In this document: piece by piece, positions 24,379 to 36,551 of the stretch | Layout of the letters: every line of letters begins with the position of its first letter | Numbering within the stretch: position 1 is the first letter of the stretch | Assembly: GCF_036365525.1 (NCBI RefSeq) | Contig: NC_090382.1 | Span: 90,330,574 to 90,394,573, forward strand | Source of the DNA: Heterodontus francisci | Taxonomy: Eukaryota | Direction: 5' to 3' | Length of the DNA stretch: 64,000 bases | Notes under the pieces: generated by a model | What the model was told of the DNA's origin: nothing | What the model saw: the letters and a program-made list of their open reading frames with translations, nothing else | Databases searched by the model: none | Program-made: the position numbers and the translations under genes

Positions 24379-26149
24379 GTATGTAGGCAGGAACATTTGT
24401 TATCAAGTAATATCTGGTGGAATGGCATGGATATGATTACATATTACAGTCCAATCTGTTCATATTTGTAGTAATGCTGTTTAATTGTTAGATATAGCTT
24501 TACAGTCTTTATTAAAACTTTTATATCTTTTAAAGCGTACCTGAGGTAGAATTGCAATAAGAGTGGTCCAAATATCATACTTCATGAATGAAGCATGAAC
24601 AATTTGTAACTTACCACCTGAATTTGAAGGTTATCCAATTGCAGCTTTGTTTTTGCATAAACACTAGTGCATCTTCCTATTACTCATGGAAATTCAATTG
24701 AAACAATGTTATCTTTTTCTATTCTAACATTTTTCAATGGCAGCAGTTGTTCACATGCTCCATATTGATCATAATTGCACATGGATAGATTAGCAATTTG
24801 ATAAATTCACAGTTACCAAGAAATTGTATCCTGTGCAGATTGTAGTAATAACTCAAAAACTACAGTATCAAACATTTTCGAGAGCTGGGCAGAATACTTA
24901 GCAAGTAGGGGTCTATCGGGCATTGTGTATTTTTGTTCCCTGCTTGCAGACCTGTATTATTGAATCTGAACAACAGAAAAGGCACTCAACTAGTTGTGAA
25001 GTGTTATGATCACTTTGTTCATCACAGCATCTTTGTCTGGACACTTAATCCAGAAATGTCAAACCATGAGCCCTATTGATATTTTTAATTGCTTATGTCT
25101 CTGGTTCAGCAACTACGACTTAGAAGGTTGCTGATCTGCACGAATAATGCTGACACCAGCTGCCTTCGTCTTTTCTCAGAATGTGAATGGCAGGTCTGGA
25201 GGAGTTGTTGGCAAGAAGACAAACAGTTAATTTTATTTTTTGGTTTAAAAAAATCTCCAAGAAAAAAGTGGGAATATAATATTTTTAAATAAAATTACAT
25301 CCCTTCCTTGTAATATTGCTTCCAAGCAATTATAATCAGCACCAACTGCAGCATCACAAGTTGAGTCTCTAAAGTCTCTGGTTGCTCATCAAGATTCCAG
25401 TGCAAATTCTGCAACCTTTTTAAACTTTCAGCAGTCACTGTGTTCAGTTTTGTAAGACTTTCATCATTAATAAAGCTAAACATAGTCATTTTGGCTCCAA
25501 AATGACAGGCCTGATTAGCAGTTTAGAACCAGTTTGATCCTGTGTGGTGCTTGGTAATCTAATACCTGGACTAGGCAGATCTGCAATACTCCATAGTGCT
25601 GTTGACAATTGACCACCCCACCATTCCAGCTCACTAATAGAACCTGGAAGTGTAGACTTGTCACTGGTTAGCCAAGATTGTTCCAACTGAGCTGCAGATA
25701 ACACTGCAAGTAGGAGACCAAATTTTGGTGAGATTGCTGTAGGTGCAGGAAGAATGGGGCATCTAGCTCAGAGGTTTGAGTAAAAGTTATATCCATTTTA
25801 AGAGAAAAGATGATGGCAGGAGAGCTGGATGCAGATTAAGCTGGGGTGAGCCAAGGAGAGGCTGGGACATATTCAGAAAAATAGATGAATCAGAAGGAAG
25901 CATATGACAAAAGGTTTGAGAAACAAAAGCTGAAACATTTTTAAAGCTCTGTAAGAGAGCTGTGATACTAATCCCCATACAGGAGTTAAATGTGACAAAC
26001 AAAAACAGATATGTTTGCTCTTAGTAATTCAAACATTAATCTATGGCCGATGATTTGGCTAAAAAGTAGCTGAAATAGATCTTCAAATTTCATGGATAGT
26101 TTACTCATATCAGTGATTCTGAATTTTCTGGTTTGGATTTCTTTGATAG

Positions 26150-26311
26150 GAAGAACAGTATGATCATCTGGATCCAGCAGAGATGGAGAAAGTGGGAAAG
26201 TATGTACAAGAAGCAATGGAATGGATGAACAGTAAGATGAATTTGCAGAGCAAACAGGCTCTGACACAAGTCCCACTTGTAAAGTGTGCAGAAATCCGAG
26301 CCAAAGTTAAG
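26150..26311 (+). CDS. HSPA4: HSPA4 internal exon: [54 protein letters not shown]
   Basis: tttctttgatag acceptor, AAG|gtaagc donor, 162 bp; QYDHLD...EAMEWMN motif; absent from ORF track. Confidence 0.96.
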
Positions 26312-27419
26312 GTAAGCTAAACCTTCCAAGCTGTTCAAAAGACATTACCACGGATTTGATTTTCATCTCTGTAATTAGAGTTCCCATGGCTTGTTAACAT
26401 TGACTTGCCTATATTGTTTGAGCCAATACTGTTCCAGGCTTCTGGAGGCCACTAGAAACGTGCCAACAGGTTGGTTACTTGGAAGAGAAGAGAAGGAAAG
26501 GAAGAAACTAACAAGAAATGTAGAAGCTTCTACAGTATATAAACAGTAGTAGCTAAAGGAAGTGTTGGTCCCTTAGAGGATGAAACTGGGGAATCAATAA
26601 TGGGAAATGAGGAAATGGCAGAGATTTTGAACAAATATTTTGTATCTGTCTTCGCATCCAAGAATAGTAGAAAATCAAGAGACAAAAGGGAGGGAGGAAC
26701 CTAAAACTATCACTGCCAACTAATGGGACTAAAGGCTGATATTTCCCCTGGACATGATAGCCTGCATCCTAGGTCTAAGAAAAAGTGGCTGCAGAGATAG
26801 TGGATACATTGGTTGTAATCTTCCAAAATTCCCTAGATTCTGGAAAAGTCCCAGCAGATTGGAAAACCCCAAATGTAACACCTCTGTTCAAGAAAAGAGG
26901 GAGACAGAAAGTAGGCTAACTGGCTATATAGTTTCCCACTTTCTGTCATTGGGAAGATGCTGGAATCCATTATTAAGTAGTAGCAGGACATCTAGAAAAT
27001 CATAATTGCATAAGGCAGAGTTAACATGGTTTTATGAAAGAGACATCGTGTTTGACATATTTATTAGAGATCCTTGAGGATGTAACAAGTAGGGTGGATA
27101 AAGGGGAATCAGTAGATGTAGTGTATTTGGATTTCCAAAAGGCATTCGATAAAGTTACACATAAAAGATTACTACACAAGTTCATGCTGTTGGGGGTGAC
27201 ATATTAGCATGGATAGAGGACTGGTTAACTAATAGTTGGGATAAATAGGTAATTTTCAGGTTGGCAAACTGTAACTAGTGGGGTGCCATGGGGATCAGTG
27301 CTGGGGCCTCAACTATTTACAATATATGTTAATGGCTTGGATGAAGGGACTGAAAGTATTGTAGCCAAATTTGCTGATACAAAGGTAGGTAGGAAAGCAA
27401 GTTGTGAAAAGGATATTAA

Positions 27420-28037
27420 GGCTGGAATTTTACATCTTGCTGCGGGGTCGGGGTAAAATTGTGTGGGACGTGGGAGGGCCATTCCCATTGCTTTCCCATC
27501 CCCCCTGCAATTTTACGAGTGGCGGGAGAGGTGACAAATGGCCCACCTGCAATTGAAGCCCTTGTGGCCATTTAACTGCTAATTAAGGGGCTTCTCCCAC
27601 TGCCGCTGGTATATTACCAGCGGCGGACGGGCACTTTGTCAGCTGTGGAGGTCGCCCAGCAATACCAGGCAGCCTGCTAGTGCACCTCCCACCGCCCTGT
27701 TGAATGACCTCCACTCCCTTGTTGGGGACCAGCCAATTGTCCCCATTGAGGCAAAAACCCCACTTACCTTTTTCAGCACCAATATCCACAATCCTCCTGA
27801 AGCTGGGTGCAGTCCCAACAGTGGCCACCGCTCCCGGTAGCACTCCTGAGATTGAGGAGCTGCCAGCTGCCCCTGGGGGCGGAACTTCCTGCCTTAGATG
27901 GGCAGAAGTTCCGCCGGAGGCCAATTGAGGGCTAGGCCATGTAAGATCTGAATGGCTCCCAGGCCTGGCAGAGGCGGGCTTGCCCCTGACTTTTAAGATG
28001 GTGGGCGGGGCCTCTGCCCCAACATAAAATACCAGCC
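27420..28037. mobile_element. PIF/Harbinger-type MITE
   Basis: TIR GGCTGGAATTTTA / TAAAATACCAGCC (one mismatch); TAA on both flanks; homologous to 51660-52259. Confidence 0.85.
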
Positions 28038-28637
28038 TAAGAGTCTGCAAAGTGATAGCAATAGATTGAGTGGGCAAAAATTTGTCAGATGAGTATAATG
28101 TAAGAAAATGTGAGGTTGGTCCATTTTGGTGGGAAAAATAGAAAAATAGAATATTGAAATGGAGAGGGAGAGAGACTGCAAAATGCTGCTGTACAGAGGG
28201 ATGTGGGTGTCCTCGTACATGAATCTCAAAGTTAGTATGCGGGTACAATTAGGAAGGCAAATGGGATATTTCCCTTTCCTGCAAGGGGGTGGAGTATAAA
28301 AGTAGGGAGGTCTTGCTACAACTGTAGAGGGCATTGATGAGACTGCACCTAGAGTACTGTGTAGAGTTTTGGTCTCCTTACTTAAAGGATACACTTGCAT
28401 TTGATGCAATTCAGAGAAGGCTCACTAGGCTGATCCCTGGGGTGAAGTAGTTGTCTTATGAGGAAAGTTTGAGCAGGTTGGGCATGTACTCATTGGAGTT
28501 TAGAAGAATGACAGGTGATCTTATTGCAACATATCAAATTCTGGAGGAGACTTGACAGGGTAGATGCTGAGAGGATGTCTCCCATTTAAGACTGAGATTA
28601 GGAGGAATTTCTTCTCCAAGGGTTGTTTTTTTCTAAA

Positions 28638-31575
28638 TTCATTCATGGGGTGTTGACGTCGCTGGCTAGGCCAGCATTTATTGCCCATCCCTAATTGCCC
28701 TTGAGAAGGTGGTGGTGTGCTGCCTTCTTGAACCACTACAATCCATGTAAGGTAGGTACACCCACAGTGCTGTTTGGAAGGGAGTTCCATGATTTTGACC
28801 CGGGGACAGTGAAGGAACGGCGATCTAGTTCCAAGTCAGGATGGTGTGTGACTTGGAGGGGAACTTGCACGATGGACTTGGTGGTGGTTCCATGCATTTG
28901 CTGTCCTTGTTCTTCTAGGTGGTAGAGATTGCGGGTTTGTAAGGTGCTGTCTAAGGAGCCTTGGTACGTTGCTGCAGTGCATCTTGTAGATGGTACACGC
29001 TGTTGCCACTGTGCATCGTTGGTGGAGGGAGTGAATATTTTTAGTGGATAGGGTGCCAATCGAGCAGGCTGCTTTGTCCTGGATGGTCGTAGAGTCATGT
29101 GTTGAGCTTCTTGAGTGTTGTTGGAGCTGCGCCCATCCAGGCAAGTGGAGAGTATTCCATCGCACTCCTGACTTGTGCCTTGTAGATGGTGGACAGGCAT
29201 TGGGGAAACAGGAGGTGAGTTACTCACAGCAGAATTCCCAGCCTCTGACCTGCTGTTGTAGCCACGGTATTTATATGGCTACTCCAGTTCAGTTTCTGGT
29301 CAATGGTAACGCCTAGGGGATATTGATAGTGGGGTATTCAGCAATCATAATGCCATTGAACGTCAAGGGGAGATGGTTAGATTCTCTCTTGTTGGACTTG
29401 GCCATTGTCACTTGTGTGGCGCGAATGTTACTTGCCACTTATCAGCCCAAGCCTGGATATTGTCCAGGCCTTGCTGCATTTATACACTGACTGCTTCAAA
29501 ATCTGAGGAGTTGCGAATGGTGCTGAACATTGTGCAATCATCAGTGAACATTCCCACTTCTGACCTTATGATTGAAGGAAGGTCATTGATGAAGCAGCTG
29601 AAGATGGTTGGGCCTAGGACACTACCCAGAGGAACCCCTGCAGTGATGTTCTGGGGCTGAGATGACTGACCTCCAACAACCACAACCATCATCCTTTGCA
29701 CTAGGTATGGCTCCAACCAGCAGAGAGTTATCCCACTGATTCCCATTGACTTCAGTTTTGCTAGAACTCCTTGATGCCATACTCAGTCAAATGGTGCCTT
29801 GATGTCAAGATCAGTCACTCTCACCTCACCTCTTGAGTTCAACTCTTTTGTCCATGTTTGAACCAAGGCTGTAATGAGGTCAGGAGCTGAGTGGCCCTGG
29901 CGGAACTCAACCTGAGCGTCACTGAGCAGGTTATTGCTAAGCAAGTGTCGCTTGATAGCACTGTTAATGACACCTTCCATCACTTTACTGATGATTGAGA
30001 GTAGACTGATGGGGTGATAATTGGCCGGATTGGACTTGTCCTGCTTTTTGTGTACAGGACATACCTGGGCAATTTTCCACATTGCCGGGCAGATGCCAGT
30101 GTTGTAGCTGTACTGGAACAGCTTGGCTAGGGGTGCGGCAAGTTCTGGAGCACAGGTCTTCAGTACTATTGCCGGAATATTGTCAGGGTCCATTGCCTTT
30201 GTAGTATCCAGTGCCTTCAGTCGTTAGTTGATATAATGCGGAGTGATTTGAATCAGCTGAAGTCTGGCATCTGTGATGTTGGGGACTTCAGGAGGAGGCT
30301 GAGATTGATCATCCACGTGGCATGTCTGGCTGCAGATTGTTGCAAATGCTTCAGCCTTATCTTTCGCACTGATGTGCTGAGCTCCCGCATCATTGAGGAT
30401 GGGGGTATTTGTGGAGCCACCTCCTCCAGTTTGTTGTTTAATTGTCCACCACCATTCATGGCTGGATGTGGCAGGACTGCAGAACTTAGATCTGATCTGT
30501 TGGTTATGGGATCGTTTAGCCGATTCTATCGCATGCTGCTTACGCAGTTTGGCACGCACGCAGTCCTGTGTTGTAGCTTCACCAGGTTGACATCTCATTT
30601 TGAGGTATTGCATGGTGCTGCTCCTGGCATGCCCTCCTGCACTCTTCATTGAACCAGGGTTGGTCTCCTGGCTTGATGGTAATGGTAGAGTGGGGAATAT
30701 GCCGGGCCATGAGGTTACAGATTGTGGTTGAGTACAGTTCTGCTGCTGATGGCCCACATCGCCTCGTGGATGCCCTGTTTTGCATTGCTAGATCTGTTTG
30801 AAATTTCCCATTTAGCACGGTGATAGTGCCACACAACACGATGGACGGTATCCTCAGTGTGAAGGCGGGACTTCGTCTCCGCAAGAACTGTGCGTTGGTC
30901 ACTCCTACCAATGGAGGGCAGATGCATCTGCGGCAGGCAGATTGGTGAGGACGAGGTCAAGTATGTTTTTCCCTCTTGGTTCCCTCACCACCTGCCGCAT
31001 TCCTAGTCTAGCAGGTATGTCCTTCAGGACTCAGCCAACTCAGTCAGTAGTCGTGCTACTGAGCCACCTTTGGTGATGGACATTGAAGTCTCCCACCCAG
31101 AGTACATTCTGCGCCCTTGCCACCCTCAGTGCTTTCTCCAAGTAGTGATCAACATTGAGTACTGATTCATCAGCTGAGGGAGGGCGATAGGTGTTAATCA
31201 GCAGGAGGTTTCCTTGCCCATGTTTAACCTGATGCCATGAGACCATGGGGTCCAGAGTCAATGTTGAGGGCTCCCAGGGCAACTCCCTCCCGACTGTATA
31301 CCACTGTGCTGCCACCTCTGCTGCGTCTGTCCTGCCAGCCGGACAGGGCATACCTAGGGATTGTAATGGCGGTGTCTGGGACATTGTCTGTAAGGTATGA
31401 TTCCGTGAGTATGGCTATGTCAGGCTGATGCTTGACTAGTCTGTGGGACAGCTCTCCCAACTTTGGCACTAGCCCCCAGATGTTGAGGAGAACTTTGCAG
31501 GGTTGACAGGGCTGGGTTTGCTGTTGTCTTTTCCGGTGCCTAGGTCGGTGCTGGGTGGTCTGTCCGGTTTCATTC
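28638..31575 (-). mobile_element. LINE family B, ~2.9 kb EN-RT copy with frameshifts
   Basis: PDIAILTESYL, WVGDFNVHH (EN); PDNIPAIVLKTCAPEL...NYHPISLLS...DIKAPFD; GVPLGSVLGP...MFTDD. Confidence 0.92.
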
Positions 31576-31807
31576 TGTTAATCTCTGGGAATTCTGTTAC
31601 CCAAAGGCTGGGTCATTGAATATGTTCAAGGTTGAGTTAGACAGATTTTTCATCGACAGGGGAGTCGAGGGTTATGGGGGGGGCCAGCAGGAAAGTGGAG
31701 TTGAGGTTGCAATCAGATCAGTCATAATCATATTGAATGGCAGAGCAGGCTCGAGAGCTGAATGGCCTGCTCCTATTTCTTATGATCTTGTAAACATTGA
31801 GAATAGA

Positions 31808-32504
31808 CTTCTTTGGCCTCCTTATCTCGAGAGACAATGGGTAAGCGCCTGGAGATGGTCAATGGTGTGTGGAGCAGCGCCTGGAATGGCTGTAAAGGCC
31901 AATTTTAGAGTGACAGGCTCTTCCACAGGTGCTGCAGAAAAATTTGTTTGTTGGAGCTGTTACACAGTTGGCTCTCCCCTTGCACTTCTGTCTTTTTTTT
32001 TCCTGCCAACTGTGAAGTCTCTTCGACTCGCCACACTTTAGCCCCGCCTTTATGGCTACCTGCCAGCTCTGGCGAACGCTGGCAACTGACTCGTGATCAA
32101 TGTCACAGGACTTCATGTCGCGTTAGCAGACGTCTTTAAAGCAGAGACATGGACGGCCGGTGGGTCTGATACCAGTGGCGAGCTCGCTGTACAATGTGTC
32201 TTTGGGGATCTTGCCATCTTCCATGCGGCTCACATGGCCAAGCCATCTCAAGCGCCGCTGACTCAGTAGTGTGTATAAGCTGGGGATGTTGGCTGCCTCG
32301 AGGACTTCTGTGTTGGAGATATAGTCCTGCCACCTGATGCCAAGTATTCTCCGGAGGCAGCAAAGATGGAATGAATTGAGACGTCGCTCTTGGCTGACAT
32401 ATGTTGTCCAGGCCTCGCTGCCATAGAGCAAGGTACTGAGGACACAGGCTTGATACACTCGGACTTTTGTGTTCTGTGTCAGTGCGCCATTTTCCCACAC
32501 TCTC
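31808..32504 (-). mobile_element. RTE-clade LINE, 5'-truncated 3' end
   Basis: TKVRVYQACVLSTLLYGSEAW...RLRWLGHVSRMEDGKIPK; C-terminal CSTCGRACHSKIGLYSH; gaag tail. Confidence 0.92.
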
Positions 32505-33850
32505 TAATGTTCAGTAATAACAATAGATTTATGGTTCAATTTTTCTCTGGAAACACTTTTTACCATCCATGGGAATAATAGTATAAATTGGGAGGATGTT
32601 GGTGAGCGTTTTTATTTTTGCAGAATTATTCTACTTGCATCTTCAAAATTGTATGGTGTAAATGCAGCATTCAGTGAAGCATGTTTGCCTGTTATTTAGG
32701 TTACTTGTGTTTTCTGTTAATGTGATTCAAATGGGTTTTCCTCTGAAAACTACTGATTATTATTTCCTTTCCTGAGCCCTGAGAGCTAACATCCATTCAG
32801 CTCTGGACAAAATGTAGGTCGTCATTTATTACTTTGAAACGGAGTTGCAAAGAATGGACGAAACAAACTGGTGCCTTAATTGTCATTTAGAATAATCGCT
32901 AGTATAGTTACCATATTAATCTTATTGGCATTGCTGTCAGGGAAATTGTTCAACCAGGTCATGTAGAATAAACTGTGAAAGCAATATAGTATCTGAAAGC
33001 ATAGAATTTGCAACAGGTAGCATAATTGGTTTTGATTAGTGTACAGGAAAATAAAATATAGGCTCTTGCTGCTCAATTATTTTTGAATGATTTGTGCTGC
33101 ATATTTGCTGTAGTGAACTTTTTTTTTAAAATAGTAGAGACATTTTGCTGTTCAAGCCCCCAAAATAATGTAGCTTGTTGAGGTAAATATGCAGTTAATA
33201 TATAGCTTCATGGACAATTTGAATATGTGTATGTGTTTCCAGGAAAGGATGTTGTAAATTTGATGAGAGGGTGGATAACTTTTTTGCAGACTCTGCTATT
33301 GAAGGATGATATATAAAGTGGAGAAGGAAGCCTGTGACCTTTAGAACAACAATTACATTTATCTTGTGCCTTTTAACATTGCAAAATATCCTAAGGTGCT
33401 TCACAGGCGCATTATCAAAAAAAATGGCATTGAGTCATTTAAACATATGAACAAAAGCTAAGTCAAAGAGGTAGGTTTTAAGAACCTTGTTAAAAAGAGA
33501 GCAGGAGAAGTTTAACGATGGAAGGCCAATGGAATTGAAAGTGGCCAATGGACAAAACTGATCATTTCCAGTCCAGTGTTCCAAAAGAAATTGGGAACAT
33601 ATCAGGAAGGCGGCTATTTAAGTATGTCTGGTGATACGTTATCAGTGAGCATGGCTTCCTGGTTCTTTTATTATCTTGTGGAATTCTTGCTCGATTCCAA
33701 GTTTTTCCTCAGATTGGTCATATTTTGTTTTCTCATTCAACCCCTCCTCAGGAGCTGGTATTGCTAGTGATCTCTATCACCTTTCTTTTCATATATTTGT
33801 AAAAAAGAATGCTGCCAGCAGTCTTAATCATTTTCACTTTCTGTCTCCAG

Positions 33851-34057
33851 GAATTGGTCAACCTTTGTAACCCCATTGTTAGCAAGCCAAAGCCTAAAGT
33901 AGAGCCTCCAAAAGAAGAGAAAGAGGCAGAAAAGAATGGACCAGTGAATGAGCAACCAAGCGCTGATGCTGAGGGCTCTACACCAGCTACCACGGAGAGT
34001 GCCCAGAAAAACACAGAACAGCACCAACAAACTTTACCAGAGATGGACATTGAGTAG
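33851..34057 (+). CDS. HSPA4: HSPA4 terminal coding exon: ELVNLCNPIVSKPKPKVEPPKEEKEAEKNGPV...TLPEMDIE*
   Basis: ctttctgtctccag acceptor, TAG stop at 34055-57; KPKPKVEPPKEE and LPEMDI[DE] favour HSPA4 over HSPA4L/HSPH1. Confidence 0.96.
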   Translation, partial: ELVNLCNPIVSKPKPKVEPPKEEKEAEKNGPVNEQPSADAEGSTPATTESAQKNTEQHQQTLPEMDIE

Positions 34058-35095
34058 CGGTGCAACAATCACTTATCCAAACTGTTATGTAAAATTTAAA
34101 GTCATAAACTCTGCGGGGCAGCTTTTTTCACCTTTTATGGTGAATGGAGTAACCTGAACCTGGTATTCTTGAATCTCTCTGGCAAATTTAGTAGTGTTTT
34201 TTTTTTTAAACCCCTTCCCTAATTTTGCAATGGGACAGGAATTAACTACTACAACTGGGGCTGGAATTAAATGTTTTTGTTGCGAAAAATAGTTTTGATT
34301 TTGTTTTGTGGCTTTGTTTCACTGAAAGAGGTGTTTTCTTTTTGCTTTCTGTTGCCCGTCCCCTCCACCCCAAAAGGTGGCGATTGCTGACACTGCAGGA
34401 CTCAGTTGTGTACTTCCCTAGCAAGCTTTCTGCTGATCATTAGAATGCTGGATAGCAAAATGCCTACCAGCATTTCACTAAGTCGCTTAAGTTCTGCTTG
34501 AGTGCTGTGTTCTTGTTTTATGGGGGTTTTTTTTTGTTTTATTGGCCTGCATTGATAGTTATTGACAGTTGTTGGAATCAAAGCTCTACTGCCTGCCTTT
34601 TATTAAAGAATCCCAATCTTCAAAGTGCACGTATCATATTTCTTTTCCTTTAGAATGCTGCGATCAGTTTCCACCTATGCACATGTTGCTTGTATTTTTA
34701 CAGAGTCAAGCGCTGAAGTCGAAATAGTTTGGATCATTTGTTAAAGGGAGACTGTTTTAGACTCAGTATTCTTAAAACCAATTAAATAATTTCTGTGTTT
34801 GGACAACAGAAGCTGTTTAACCAAATATTTGAGAACAGATGTTGGTTCACTTCTAAGGCTGTTTGTGTGTGTGTGTGTATGAGATATATACACACACATA
34901 CATACAATGTTACTAAACAACAATCCAAATACATTTCTTTGATTTATGACACTGGTTTCTTCCCTTTAATTTCCATATTAAATTTAAATTGTTTGAATTT
35001 ACTTGTGTTGGGTAATGTTTTATGTTGGGTGTAAATACAAGTTTTGGGACGAGTGGAGACAAAAGCCAATAAAATGCGCAGTTGCATTCATATAT
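34058..35095 (+). other. HSPA4: HSPA4 3' UTR (end inferred)
   Basis: U-rich, repeat-poor sequence after the stop, leading to AATAAA. Confidence 0.65.
35068..35073 (+). terminator. Candidate polyadenylation signal AATAAA (alternative at 35181-35186)
   Basis: First canonical AATAAA I found after the stop codon; an ATTAAA variant occurs earlier near 34602. Confidence 0.55.
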
Positions 35096-36551
35096 TGCAA
35101 TGCAGTGTTGACTTCTCAAAGAACAGTAACTTAAGAACTGACAGCATGGTCAGGCTTTATATTGCAATAAGTAGTCCATAAATAAACGCTACAATATTAT
35201 AAATCATCAAAGGGGAATGCTACCCTGCATTTTATTTAATTTGAGAAATCTGCTAAGTGTTCTAAATCGTGAATTCAAGAGAACCAGATTGTGATACAAT
35301 AGTTTTTGTTTGTTACACCTGCAGGATAACGTACCAGTTTTGGCCGAAGTTTAAAAAGGAATTATATTCAAAAGAACAAGCATAGCATTATAGCAGAAGC
35401 AGTGGTCCTTTAAGCACTGAGGGAATACTACTGATTCTTGTGGTTAATTTTGGGAGGATGGTTTCGTACCAATTTTCAATTTCCTGTAACTGGGCTATTA
35501 AATTTTGAGAGCATTTTTGAGCTCCCAGACCTTTGCATAAGCAAATACATGGAAAACTAAGTCCAGAAACTGAGTACAAATTAAACCATGACACAAGTTC
35601 CTCAGAATGCATTTTATGAAGAAGCAATGCTTCCTCCTGCCTACACCCACAACCGTGATTTATTGCAACTTAGGCAGCTGCAAATAATTGAAGAGACGCA
35701 AGTACCAGAATAAAAATATGTAGCCAAGTTATCTGTTCTCCTTCTCCCATAGTCTAAGTTTCTTCATGGAATGAAGGTTGGTGTTTGCTTTAGTGTCATT
35801 AAGCTTTGTCACTTTTCATAGTGTTGTAACTGGATATGATCAGTTTTATAGAGAAAAAAATAAATGGCCATGGCAGAGGAAGGAATGCAAGGAGAGTAGG
35901 GTTGTGCATATTGAACTAATGTGGATATGCCAGTCCGTTTTTTTTTTTTAAATGTGCCCCTTCTCCATACATTACTTACTTTTTCATCTCAACAGCCTTG
36001 TATGCTATTGACAGGTTACATTACACACCAAATTATTAAAAATAAAGTACCAGGTATGATATAAGACCAGTTAGGATATCCCTGTTTGCTCAGAAATTAG
36101 TCAAGTCTGTCCAGTTTCCAGTTCTTGTTGCTTAATTATTGCATACTGAGTTATAAAGCTGCACCTCAATATAACAGGTGGTGATAATTCATTATAGTCA
36201 TCAAACTGTATAATTTCAAGAACTCATGTCTTGCAAACACAGCCCATTGACATACCATGTCAAGGCTTGAGAGTTGCTATTTCCACTGTATATTTATACT
36301 CGCTATTTCACTGAAGAGTGTGAAATACAATAAAAGAATTGAATGCAAAATTGTGGTTTTTTTTAAACAGAGGTTGCTAAAGTTGTGGGGTCTTTGGTTT
36401 CAAATAGGCTGGGAGGGAGGATCATCTCAAGAAATCCAGTTACTCTTTCCTTCAAAGAAACTGGTTCAGTGGGTACCTGTGGTAATACAGACGAGAGTAC
36501 TCCAGTTGACATTGTGTGCCTGGGTAGGAGGAAGAAAAAAGTGAACTTTTT

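Larger units (their letters stand above)
26490..31790 (+). mobile_element. Degenerate CR1 LINE (26490-28625, 31576-31790) hosting a MITE and a family B LINE
   Basis: tatttggatttccaaaaggcattcgataaag (YLDFQKAFDK), ggatcagtgctggggcctcaac, tttgctgatacaaagg; agggttgtt|aatctctggg rejoins across the LINE insert. Confidence 0.82.

Noticed and set aside
27583-28248. 221-aa minus-strand ORF
   Set aside because: Spans the GC-rich MITE and antisense CR1; no domain-like motifs
33748-34068. 106-aa antisense ORF over the HSPA4 last exon
   Set aside because: Shadow of the coding strand; no independent evidence
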